This document shows, piece by piece, positions 26,201-38,790 of a DNA stretch of 64,000 nucleotides (positions within the stretch are counted from its first letter, which is position 1; each line of letters starts with the position of its first letter). The stretch is from Camelus dromedarius (Eukaryota): the NCBI RefSeq assembly GCF_036321535.1, contig NC_087437.1, positions 36,706,001 through 36,770,000 on the forward strand, given 5' to 3'. The notes beneath the pieces are model-generated. The model searched no databases. It was not told the origin of the DNA and was given only the letters and a program-made list of their open reading frames with translations. The position numbers and the translations under genes were made by a program.

Positions 26201-29200
26201 CCACTATAAATCTAATAGTTTTCACATATATCCCTAGATGATTGGTTATAAAAGACAGAAAAGGGAAGAGAAAAAGTGGGGAGGAATTGAGAATAAGAGA
26301 AAAAGAAAGGCATAAGGGAGAGAGTATAAAAAAGAATGGACAATAGAAAGTGTAACAAAGATAGAAGAATTGATAATATGAGAACAGGGAAACAGTCCTC
26401 CCCAAACAGTTACAAATCATCTGGAAAAATATACTGTCTGCATTCAGTGTATTTAAATTCTTTTATCTCTGATTCAGAGGTTACTTCTCCTTGAGCTCTG
26501 TAAAACTATAGCAGTAACTACAACGAATACTTATAAAGTATATCCTAATTAGAAAATACATTTTTTAGAATCTCCCACCAGTGGATTTAATGTCATTTTA
26601 GAGAGAAATGAAATCACACCAAAATATCATAGATACATAAGTGGATACTTGAGATATTTGCTATTTTTATTATTTAAATATATTTAAGATGAGCATTTCT
26701 GCACAAATATCTCTGATGGATTTTGAAACTTTTTAAGAAATTAAATAGCTTTTTAAACTCAAATTCAAAGTATAAATATAAACCCTTTGGAAATTTTTAT
26801 AACTTTATTTATTCTGTCCAGATTAATTTTATAATATTATAGGTTGAGAATCATAAGAAATCTTTATTATAATGTGGTCTTTATGATTGAAACATTTTCT
26901 GTTTATTTTCTATACATTCAGATAAATGCAATATTACTTTACATCTTTATTGAATCAGATATATTTGCATGGTAAATTTGATATTTCCCATGGGCTTTTA
27001 TTTCCTTCTATAAAGTCTCCTAGCTGAAATTAGTTATATTGACAATATCTTCTAAGTACATGATAAAGAAAATATAAACAAGATTGTGGAAGTCCTTTTA
27101 AATTGTGTATGTGTGTATATGCATATACATTTTTTAAAATTCTGCACATTTTGTATTTTTTTACATAATTGTATTTGAAGTTAATTTTTAATTTACTAAG
27201 TACTTGTATGGACATCATTTCTAATGGCTACTTAATTCTTTCATAAGAACATACCATAAGTCTGGTAATGATTTTCATATTATGAGAGTTAAAGTAGAAA
27301 AGAACATACACAACAAATTTCAACAGTGTCTTTCAGTGAGTTATGGGATTATGTTGAGTTGCTTGTATCCTTTTATATTTTTCTGTGTTTAAAACATTAA
27401 AAATATAGTCAAAATTATTTTAAATAAATTTCATTAATATTTCCATGTAAAACAAATTTATATTAAATTATGACTCTGTAATTTTTAGAAGGGAAGAAAA
27501 AGAAGCTAGGATTCATCTTTGGGATTAAAGTAGCTAAATTTTAATAGGGCAAACATTTTTTTAAAGTATGTGACACAAAGCTCCTGAATTAACATGACTC
27601 TTGAGGATGGGTGAAACAGAGCATAGAATAAATCTTCTCAAACAAAATACCAACACTCCAGAGGATTACTTCCATGCTCTATTTCTTTCAGTTTGTCACT
27701 GTGGTCTATCATTGTAACACAGATACAGCCAGTAGTTAGTCCCAAATGAATTGGCTAAAATATTTGTAACTGAAAAAGGGTATATTAAAATTAAATAATT
27801 TTTGGTTTCTTATTATTAACATCAAATGCTTAAAATTTCAAAACTCAAACATAAAGAATGAAAGACATATTTTATATGGGCTCACCACTTACATGGTTTA
27901 AAACAATTAAAATCTTTAGAATTCATGAACCATTATAAACAGTTGGAAAAAATCCACAATTTTGATTAACAGCAAACATGTAGCATCACCCTTTATACAT
28001 TTATAGAGCATATAAATATTTACATATAGAATTGGCATCTTGAGGAATGGATTATTTTAGGAAAAAAATATGATGGATGAAATGGTTAAGATGTTAAGAT
28101 GTATGATAGTAAATACTTTATCTCCTCCTTCCTCTCCAGCTGTTGTCTTCCAAAAACTATCAAGAGAAACCTAGAGAAACCTAGAGTTGTATTCATTTAA
28201 GTCAGGCTTTAGATTATTTATATAATTGTTTATTCTTTATAAAATATAGTCTGATTTTCTTCAGTGACATCTCTGCTTTTTTCCCATATTCAAAGATAAC
28301 AAAAACAATCCCCCAACTGGAAAGTTGTCTATTTTATTTGAACAGCATGGTGATACTGATCTGACCAGACACTTGAATCCAATTCTACCAATTAATAGTC
28401 ATTTAGTTTGACAAATTACAATTTTCGGTACAGAGTCTCTCACAGGATAATCACCCATATATGCACATTAATAAGTGGCATTACAATGTGCTTCATTTAA
28501 TCCACACTTATTATTTCAGAGGTGCAGTCTCAGAGGACAAATACCCTTATTTGCTGAAATGCAAAGCAATAGCCCCTTGGGTCCTCCTAACATTGTTAAA
28601 ACATTAACAATTCTGTGTAACCAGTAACCATGGAGACTGTTATCTCCACAGAAACAATGCTCTCAAATTAGATGTGAAAAGAGGTCAAGTAGAGGATTGT
28701 AATTTCATTGTTGTTTTACTTTTCTAGATTGCAGACACAAAAACAAGGCAAATTATCTTATGAGAGTGAAGGATAATATTAATCGAACATAAACAAAATT
28801 CTGTTGCCCTAAAAAGTAGCCCTTCAGTTAAAATTTTCAGGAAAACTTCTATAACATTTATATATTCCAGCTGAACTGGAATGCATTTCATATTGTGTGT
28901 GATTCATATTGTTAATTCTCATTCATTTGAAAGCCAAGACAAAATATAGTCAAATCCATGTTAAATAGATATATGGGGATAAAAAATAATATTTATCAAA
29001 AATCAAATTTAAATTTTTTTATTAAAATGATCTCAAATCCTTTGCTCCTGAATATTTACTTATCTAATGATTAAAATTTTTTTTAATTCCTAGAATAGTT
29101 TAACACTATAATTTTAAGATACAAATATTAATAAGTAGTTTTTGAATCATCAAATATAAGCTATTTTAAAAATTTCTCCAAAAATTATTTTAAAGGTTCT

Positions 29201-29898
29201 CTCTTGAAATCAAGCCATGAATATTAAATTCTTATAAACCACAAAAGGATCAAATCATGCCAGAACCAAACATAAGCAGATATTGGTGAAAAATGCCATC
29301 TCTGTGCAAGATTAAATCTTAAAACCATATGCTTTATTAACAACAGATGTGACATTTAACAACTGTGCCTTAGTTAACTTCAAAACACACATGAATTCCC
29401 CTTTCAGCCACCATATCCATTAACATCCAGATGAACTAGCGCCCAAGGTCTATTCTGTTTTCCAAATAGTTATTTTGAAGTGCTGACAACTGTCATTGCT
29501 CTGAATATCTTCATTCTTCCCTCACCCAAAACATAGGGTAATTTAGCTTTATTTTTTCGATTTCAGGTGACCATGGTTAAATTTGTTTGGAATACTAAGA
29601 TAGAAGAATATCCAATTTGTATCATGAGCAATTTCTTAGGAACTTATTTAATCAATAAAATATTAAGCTATAGTATTTAAAAAAATAGAGTCTAATAGGC
29701 AAAAAATTAAAATGGCATAACCATAGCTTTAGAAGATATATGTTTTGTGTGTATGCTAACAGATTCACTATTAAGATGATATATTAAGTGAACATATACA
29801 GCCAAACCACTAAAATAAAATATACTTGTAAAACAATATCATTACAACAATCAAACTGCTTTAACAACATAACATTTGATCCTAACATATGACAGCAC

Positions 29899-29924
<26 letters not shown>
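29899..29924. repeat. (CA)13 microsatellite
   Basis: Directly visible. Confidence 0.95.
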
Positions 29925-29932
<8 letters not shown>

Positions 29933-30979
29933 TTTACACTCTCACTCTTAGTAAAAAAGTTCAGTAAAAAAAAGAGAGGACAAAGATATTAATGAAGAAG
30001 AAGGATCAGTTAGATCCTGGAGTAAAGAAGCAAGTTGAAGTGATGGTAAGATTCAAGTTGAATTTCCTGTTGAAATGGAGGGAGTGTTCCATAAGTAACA
30101 TGCAATAAATAGACATTTACAAGAATGCCAGAATATGTAAATTTTCATCTGTCCTTGAACTAAATCTCCAGATTAATGTACTACTTTATAAAATAAAAAT
30201 ATATCTGTGTTTACAAATATAAATGCATTGAGTTCCTTATAAGTGAAAATTAAATTTCAACTGAGATGCAGATTCTACCCTAAGCATTCTGAAGATTAGC
30301 TTAATTTCAAATAATAATAGACAGCAAGTGAAAATAGATGACCTAGGTTTAAGTGATAGCTCTAAAATGTAACCATTATGTTATCACAGGTAAAAAAAGT
30401 CATTAAATCTAACCTGAATTTTAATTTATTCAACTGTAATATAGGATTTAACTATAATTATTAAAATATATTTCAAGTATTATGGGAGACTCAAAGGAGT
30501 TAATGTTTATATGATTTATTAACCTTTCAGAGTCTGAATAAACTTATTATTATTTTTAACAATCTGGTACAGTATAAGGTGTATTTGGCTGCTGAGTTAT
30601 AAAATATTAGTTCTGAAGGAAGTGGTGACATGAAAATGGGACAAAATTTTATTTGTTTCTTCCACAAATAAAAACTGAACAGAATTCTCAAAAACAACCA
30701 TTTCATGGAATTGGAAATTGATTGATAGAAGACAACAAATGAAGAAGAATTTATTCTTGAAGACTTTTTTGAATTTGATAAGACATGCAAGAATCTGCCT
30801 TCTTACCTGGAGTTACTATTGTCCATATTGCCACCCTACAATTCAGTTGATGAGACCTAGAGTTTACCAAACTGATACTGGCCATAACAAACAATAGGTT
30901 TACTCCCAGAGAAGGTAATGTTGATTCAGGACAGGAGTTGAGACAAAAAGTATGCTTTTGTGTAATGAAACTTGGAAAT

Positions 30980-31777
30980 GGACAGGATAAAATGATAGAT
31001 TTGGCAAAGCCTAAGTTTTCAGTCTTGCTTTGGGGGAAGTGGTAAACCATCATCAAGGAGATCCTGGAATTGAAAGAATAAAACAAAGCCTGATATTAGG
31101 TCCCCACATATTACTGGTTGGCAAATACATTGCAACAAAAATATGAAAGCCAGAGGAAACTTGAAAACTGACTGCAGATTTTAATTTATCCCCCAATCCA
31201 TACACAGATCAATCAGTTGCTGTTGTAAGATTTACACACCTGTAGTATTTGCCACAATCTCTACTCAAATCATTGACTGGCCATTAAGTTATATACACAA
31301 GAAAAAGCCCTAAGGAACTAGTCTGAAAGGTAAATATAAGCAAGATAAATACATAGTAGAAGAAGAAAAGGAATTGGGCAGAAATACCAATACAATAGCA
31401 GCACATGGTGAAGAACAAAAGTTGAACAGTTTAATTCAAGGTTCCTTGAATAAATAAACAAAAACCAGAAAAATAACATATAATTTACATTTGCTACAAT
31501 ACATTGTCTAAAATATCCAATATTCAACCAAAATTATCTAGAGATGCACAGAAAGAATAAATTGTAACCCATACTTAAAAAAAGGAAAAGAATATCAGGT
31601 AATAACTAATTCTGAGTGGGTCCCAGTTTCAAAGAGAAAAAGCTTCAAAGACATTATTACAAATATTAAAGAGCTAGTGGATAATATATTCAAATAATTA
31701 AAGAGGAATATGATGATAAAAAAACTCAAACAATAAGAAACATCATCTGAAAAATAGAAATGATAAAAATGATTCAA
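30980..31777 (+). mobile_element. Ancient L1M 5'/ORF1-region relic
   Basis: Eroded L1M-like text (acattgtctaaaatatccaatattcaaccaaaattatctagagatgcacagaaag; agcttcaaagacattattacaaatattaaagagcta). Confidence 0.45.
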
Positions 31778-33485
31778 ATGATAAAAGTCATATGATCATC
31801 TCAGTAGAGAAAAAGCATCTGACAAAGCTCAACACTTATTTATAATAAAAACTCTCAGCAGAGCATGTATAGAGGGAATGTACATCAATATAGTAAAGGT
31901 CATATATGACAAGCCCACAGCTAACAGTGAAAAGTTAAAAGCTTTTCTTCTAAGATCAGGAGCAAGACAAGGATGCCCACTCTTGGCAGTTCTGTATAAC
32001 ATAAAAATCCTAACGAGAGGAATTAGGCAAGAAAAAGAAATAAAGTATATTCAAATTGGAAAGTAAGAAGTAAAACTGTCACTGTTTGCAGAAGACGTTA
32101 TATTATATATAGAAAACCCTAAAGATGCCACCAAATAACTGTAAGAATTAATAATAAGGAAATTCAGTAATGTTGCAGGATACAAAATCAATGTATAAAA
32201 ATCTGTTGCATTTTATACACTAATAACAACCTATCAAAAAAGAAATTAAGAAAAACAATCCAGTTTACAATTGCATCAGAAAGATTAAATACCTAATAAA
32301 AATTTAACAAAGGAGATTAAGGACCTGTATACTGAAAACTACAAACTATTAAGGAAAGAAATAGAAGATAGCACAAATAAATGAAAAGATATTCTGTACT
32401 CATGGATTGGAAGAATTAATATTGTTAAAATGTCTATGCTTCTATCCAAAGCAAACTACAGATTCAATGCAATCCCTATCAAAATTCCAATGGCATTTTT
32501 CACCAAAATAGAACAAACAATTCTAAAATTTGTATTGAATCACAAAAAATTCTTAATAGCCAAAGCAATCTTGAGAAAGAACAACAAAGTTGGAGGCATC
32601 ACATTCCTTGATTTCAAACTCTTATTACAATAATAAAGCAGTGTGATACTGGCATTAAAAAAAAAACAAAAACATATTGGCCAGTGAAACCAAATAGAGA
32701 GCTAAGACATAAACCCAACCATGGATAGTTAATTAATTTACAAGAAAAGAGTGAAGAATGGAGAAAGGACAACTCTTGAATAAATGATGCTGGGAAAACT
32801 GGATAGCCATATGCAAAAGACTGAAACTGGACCACATTCTTATACAACACAAAAATTAACTCAAAATAGATCAAAGACCTGAATGAAGACCTGAAACCAA
32901 AAAACTCCTAGAAGAAAACAGAGACAGTAAGCTCCTTGTCATAGTGTTGGCAATTTTTTGAATTTAAAACTAAAAGCAACAAAAGCAGAAATAAACAAAT
33001 GGGACTACATCAAACTAAAAAAGCATCTGCACATCAAAATAAACTATCAACAAAGTAAAAAAGGCAACCTACTGAGTAGGAGGCAGTATTTTTAAGTCAT
33101 CTATCTTATAAGGGATTAATATCCAAAATATATAAGGAACTCATACAACTCAACATCAAATAAACAAATAAATAAATAAATAAATAAATATCTGATTAAC
33201 AATGGGCAGAAGATCTGAAGAGATGTTTTTCCAAAGAAGACATAAGAATGGTTAAAAGGTGCAGGAAAAGATACTCATCATTAGTAACTATCAGGGAAAT
33301 ATAAATCAGAATCACAATGAGATATTATCTCAAACCAATGAGAATGGTGGTTATCAAAAAGGCAAAAGATAAGTGCTGGAGAGGATGTGGAGAAAATGAA
33401 ACTCTTGGGCTGTTGGTGGGAATGTAAATTGGTGCAGCCACTATGGAAAATGGTACAGAGCTTTCTCAAGCAATTAAAACTAGAA
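31778..33485 (+). mobile_element. Decayed LINE-1 ORF2 fragment (RT domain to C-terminus)
   Basis: Decayed L1 ORF2p motifs: HMIISVEK.., [62 protein letters not shown], gtaaattggtgcagccactatggaaaa. Many stops and frameshifts. Confidence 0.93.
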
Positions 33486-36172
33486 GATTGGATTAAGATG
33501 GCGGAGTAGGAGGATGTGGAGCTGACCTCCCCACACAAACACATCAAACATATCTACAGGTGGAACAACTCTCATAGAAAACTGATTGGAAGATGGCAGA
33601 ACTGCTATACAACCATGCTGCAAGAAATATTTTCATGTAACTTGGTAGGACAGAAAAAAGTCATGTGGGTTGAGACCTCTGCCTCTGGGAGGGATCTGAA
33701 GGAAGAGAAGGTTGAGCCACAGACTGGGCGTCCCAGTCCTGGGGTTCAGTGTGGAGAAGACAAGCTTCCTTGGCTGATAGGAGAACTGCTGGGACAGACA
33801 GAAGGGCTAGAGAAGCCTACACTTGAATGTGCAGATGCTAGCTTGCCAACAAGCAGGGTGGAGAGAGCTCTGGTCTGCTGCCTTACTGCACTCTCCAACC
33901 CAAAGGGATGAACACCACAGCCACTTTCACTCAACACCACAGTTTGGCATGGGTCCTGGGCCAGCCAGGGCCTGGGAAAAGACTTGGTCTAACTATTTAA
34001 TGACAGCCCAGGGGCCTAGGCTGCAGTCTGGGTGTGATGGTGGCAGCCATTGCTGGTGCTTACTTAGGCAGCACCTAGGGAAACACCAGGACCAGCTCAG
34101 AGCAGCAGTGCATCTATCAGCTGAGTGAGCACTTCAGTCCTGCCGCTCCACACCACAGCTTGGCCCTGGAAATGGGGAAGACAGGGTTCTGGGCTTCACT
34201 TGCTCCAGCACTCCCCTCCTTTGGGGCAAGATACACACTCAAGGGGAATGGAACTTGATCAAGCCTGACCCTCAGGATTTCTACTCCAACAACTAGGGAG
34301 CAGATCTCATCCTTTACAGGGTGGCCACAGAGCAGAGAGGAAGTCCTGCCTCACACCCTGCATAGGTTTTAGACCCTCCAGCACCAACAACACTCCTTTT
34401 CTAGGTGATAGTGGCCAGCATACCCTTAGGAAAGAAATGGCTGGCATCCACATCAAAACCGGCCCTCCCACCAAACACACTGTACACACACAGTCTACAC
34501 AGAGATACTCTCACATAAAAACACCCCTTCAAGACTACAACAGATAACTGTGTCTCCTAAACTCATAGAGATTGAGAAAAATAAGTAAAATGAAACGGCA
34601 AAGGAACTATTCACAACTAAAAGAGCAAGAAAAATCTCCTGAAAGAATAAATAATGAAATAGAGATCACTGGTCCGACAGACTCCAAGTTCAAAAATATA
34701 GTAATAAAAATACTAACTGAATTAACAAATATTATCAATATAAATGCAGATCACTATAACAGGAACTAAAAACTATAAAGATGAACCAATCAAAAATATA
34801 TAGTTCAATATCTGAGATAAAAAGCAATTTTGAAGCAATGAGCAGCCAGCTAAATGACACGGAGGAACAATTAAGTGATCTGGAAAAGAGAGTAATGGAA
34901 ATCAGCCAAGCAGAATAGCAGACAGAAAATACAAATACAAATAAATAAATAAATGAAAGCAACATACAAGATCTATGGATAATATAAAATGTGCATTATA
35001 AGAGTCCCAGAAGAAGAGAGAAGGGGATTAAAAATGTATTTGAAGACGTTATGGCTGAAAACTTCCCAAACTTAAAGAAGGAAAAAGCTAAAAGGTATAG
35101 GAAACACATAGGGTGCTAAGCAAGATAAAGTCAAACAGACCCACATGAACACCTGTTATAATTAAAATGGCATAAGTTAAAGATAAAGAGAAAACTAAAC
35201 GTGGCAAGAGAAAAACAAAGAGTTACGTACAAAGGAAGCTCCATCAGTCTATAAACTGATTTCTCTGCAGAAACTTTACTGGGTAGAAGGGAGAGACATG
35301 ATATATTCCAAGTCCTGAAAGAGAAAAATCTGCCTCCTAGGATATTCTACCAGGCAAAAATAGAATAGATGGAGAGATAAAGAATTTCTCAGACAAGCAA
35401 AAACAAAAAGAACTCAGCAATACTAAACCTATCCTAAAAGAAGTATTGAAGGTTATTCTCTAAAGAGAAAAGAATCAGGAATCTATAGGAAAGGGGAAAT
35501 CCCAATAGAAAAGGCAAATATACAGTAAAGACTGAAGATCATTTAAATATGCCAGTATGTAAATTAAAAACCAAAAAAATTATAAAAGTGATCATAACTA
35601 CAATAAATAGTAAAAGGGTAAGTATGAAGATATAAATTAGGACATCAAAATCACAAATCAAAAACATACAATAGATTCACAAATACTGAAAAGAAAGAAA
35701 TTCAAGCATATTACAAAAGAAAATAATCAAACCACGAAAGAAAAAAAGAAAAAGAAGAAAAAGAAATGGACAAAGAAGAACTACAAAAGAGCCAGAAAAC
35801 AAGAAATAAAATGGCAAGAAGTAAATACTCATCAATAATTATTTTAAACATCAATGGACTAAGTACTTGGATCTAAAGACATAGAGTGGCTAATTGTATT
35901 TGAAAAAAGCAAGAACTTGCAATATGCTGCCTATAAAGGACTCACTTCAGGGCAAAAGACACAGACTGAAAGTGGGAGATTAGAAAAGGTAGTTCATGTA
36001 AATGGAAATGACAAGAAAGCATGGGTAGCAATTCTCGTATCAGACAAAATAGACTTTAAGACAAAGGACGTAATGAAAAGCAAAGAATATCATTGTATAG
36101 TGGTAAAGGAATCAATACAAGAAGAGGATATTACACTCACTAACATACACACAACCTATATAGGAGCACCTA
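33486..36172 (+). mobile_element. LINE-1 5' portion: 5' UTR, decayed ORF1 (~34590-35463), inter-ORF spacer and ORF2 endonuclease start (35811-), 3'-truncated
   Basis: Starts with YY1-type aagatggcgg (33495-33504), followed by a GC-rich UTR. ORF1-like MKRQRNYSQLKEQEKSPE. ORF2 endonuclease motifs NGL.., NGNDKKAWVAILVSDKIDFK, SIQEEDITLTNI..GAP. Confidence 0.92.
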
Positions 36173-36689
36173 TAGGTAGTAGCTGAATAACTCTGCGGGT
36201 AGAGGTATATCTTGTAAGATGCTTCAAAGGCAGTTGAGCTGAGACTTAACCTTAGTATCAGATTCAGCAGCTATAGATTAGGTTGGCACCCATAGAGGAT
36301 TCAAATGTGTGTGATCCATAAGATGGGGCAGCCAGTATGTCCCTATTTGCAACTCACAACTGAATGCTCACATGAAAATTAATCTTAAAAATGCTCAGCC
36401 TTTAAATATAATTCTGGTTTATCAGTTATACATATCTGATATGATCCTTTAAGTGCATGGTGGTCATACATAGTTTAAATCACAATGCCGTTTATATGAG
36501 TTCCATCAGCACTGTCACCATGTTTTGGACATTTAAATTTTGGGAACTGTTCTAGCAAAGTAAATGGAAACAGAAGAACCAGCAGATGAACTAAACACTT
36601 ATTTCCAGTAAGTGCACTTGCCATCCAAGGAACCAGAAGTCTGTGATTTAGAAGTAATACATATTTTTGAGTGTAATTATAAAATAATG

Positions 36690-37115
36690 AACAATTAGTG
36701 ATGAACACTATGAAGGAAAATAAAGATGGATAAGAGCAAAGTTCCGGGGTTATTTTGTATAGGGTGATCATAAAAGGCCTCTTTGTGGTGGTAATATTTA
36801 ATAAGTGACCAAAATAGAGTGAAGAAGTGAGTGATATGACTGTCTGCGGAAGAATGTTCCAGGCAGAGGAAACAGCAGGTACAAAGATTATGAAATAGCC
36901 GCATCTTTGTTCTATTTGAGAGCTGGAAAGGAGACCAGTATGATCAGAGCTAGAGGAATATGCAAGTGATTATAAAAATAGGGAATTGGTTTATGTGAAA
37001 GGTACAGGGAGTGGTAGGATTTTCTATTTCAATCTGAGTGAAATAGAAACTGTTGGAGCAGAGATATGGTCTGATACGTGTTTTAAATGATCATACTGGC
37101 AGTGGTGTGGAGAGT
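36690..37115 (-). mobile_element. L2 relic
   Basis: Contains gaagaatgttccaggcagaggaaacagcaggtacaaag, the classic antisense L2 motif, and downstream gttttaaatgatcatactggc. Confidence 0.8.
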
Positions 37116-37572
37116 GCTGATTTTATTAAAGTAGCTGATCTAGTTGTTGTAATGCTTTCAATATTCACTGGGTATTGGCCTTGGGAAGCTTCCTAGCGCT
37201 TTTGGAATTCAGCTACATCAACTGGATAATTTGCCAAAATAACTTATTTTATTATATTCCTTTCTGGTTAAATGACAATACATATTAAGATAATCTTGTA
37301 TACCATAAAGCATCAAATCAATACTGATTATAAAGAAATGTGTGAAATTCTTTATAAAAATCATTGGTGATATTCAAGAGACAGACCTCCAGTTTTCACT
37401 GGGAAATCTGTGAGGCTCAATATATTTATTTGCAGCTAAACGCTTCACATATATTAATTTTTTTTCTCCTGTTATAACATCATTATAAACTGAAACAAAT
37501 GAAATATATATTTAACAAAAATGGGTCTGTTACTCATCAACTCTCCTTTTGCTTGTTAACAATCCACAGGTC

Positions 37573-37713
37573 TTTTTTTTTTTTTTTTTTTTTTTTTGGT
37601 GGGGAGAGGCAATTAGATTTATTTATTTATTCTTAGAGGAGGTACTGGGGATTGATCACAGGACCTAATGCATGCTAAGCATGCGCTCTACGGCTTGAGC
37701 TATACCCTCCCCC
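37573..37713 (-). mobile_element. tRNA-Ala-derived camelid SINE (vic-1 type)
   Basis: Reverse complement reads gggggagggtatagctcaagccgtagagcgcatgcttagcatgcattaggtcctgtgatcaatccccagtacctcc..., then an AT-rich linker, a C-rich stretch and a long poly(A). Confidence 0.92.
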
Positions 37714-38619
37714 AACAGATTTAAACACCTGAATGTTTGGAATGACAAAGATAATAAATTTAATTCTAGGAATGTTAACACATGATCTACCAAGTTAATA
37801 GTTTTAAAAATGATTTTATTTTCTTCAAAACTTTTCATAGTATCTTAGTTGATTTCTGACTATGTTTTAAACGGAAAGTTGGGTTACTTTTAACATTACT
37901 ACTTCAAAATTACTACCAATGACAGTAATTGAAGAAATTCATAATCATTTGTGCAAATGCTGCATTTTTTACTCCATAAATACTAATTTCACCATCTCCC
38001 AAATAATAATTTAAACCTGTAAGCGTAATTATAGGCATATTATGAAAGCAAACAAACACAAAATGTCATAGTGTTCAAAATGGTACCTGCCACTTTGAAG
38101 AGTCTTTCATTGACTTTCACAGAGTGAGGGCCTGGCAAGGGGAATATTGTTCAGTAAAATGAGTTACTTCACCTACAGAGTCAGCATGCATTTGCCAAAC
38201 AATGGGTGGGTTTTCACCACTTCTTTTCATTTTAGCGATCAATCTGAGAGCTGTATTAAAAGCAGTATGAAGTTCATTATTCTCTGGCACAAAGTCAGAC
38301 AGCATATTTAAATTTGTCTGTGTTATAAAAATCATGTAAGCAATAAATGCTTTTACATGAAAAGACACCCAAAGTAAAATACCAGCAGTTTTATGGTGAA
38401 TTAAAAAAATAATTTTTTAAATATTTGTAAATAAAAACCTTATAATTAATTTGGAGAAAAAGGCATAGTTTAAAAGATTCTGTATGAATTATTCACATTT
38501 GATTTTTTTAACTTTTTAGTTCAAAAATTGACATAGGTTTCCTGCTTTTTTTCCCCCAAAATTGTATGAAATAATAGTTAACATTTCTCCAGTGCATATT
38601 TTGGAGAATCACTCTGCTA

Positions 38620-38790
38620 AATTGTTATACACGTTATCTCAATTAATTCCTCAAAATAATCTTATAAAATTGGCCTTAGTATTATAATGTATTACAGATG
38701 ACAGATGAGAAACAGAGACATTGAGTTGAATTATTTGCTCAAGATCTCACAGAGTTAATTGTGGAGTCAAAATTCAAACCCAAGAAATAC
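38620..38790 (-). mobile_element. MIR relic
   Basis: acagatgagaaacagagacattgagttgaattatttgctcaagatctcacag...aaaattcaaacccaag, the antisense MIR core. Confidence 0.7.

Noticed and set aside
33516..34489. Cluster of 60-131-aa ORFs in GC-rich DNA (similarly 55120-55378 and 13212-13545)
   Set aside because: They fall in L1 5' UTRs or an LTR, where higher GC lowers stop frequency. No protein motifs recognised.
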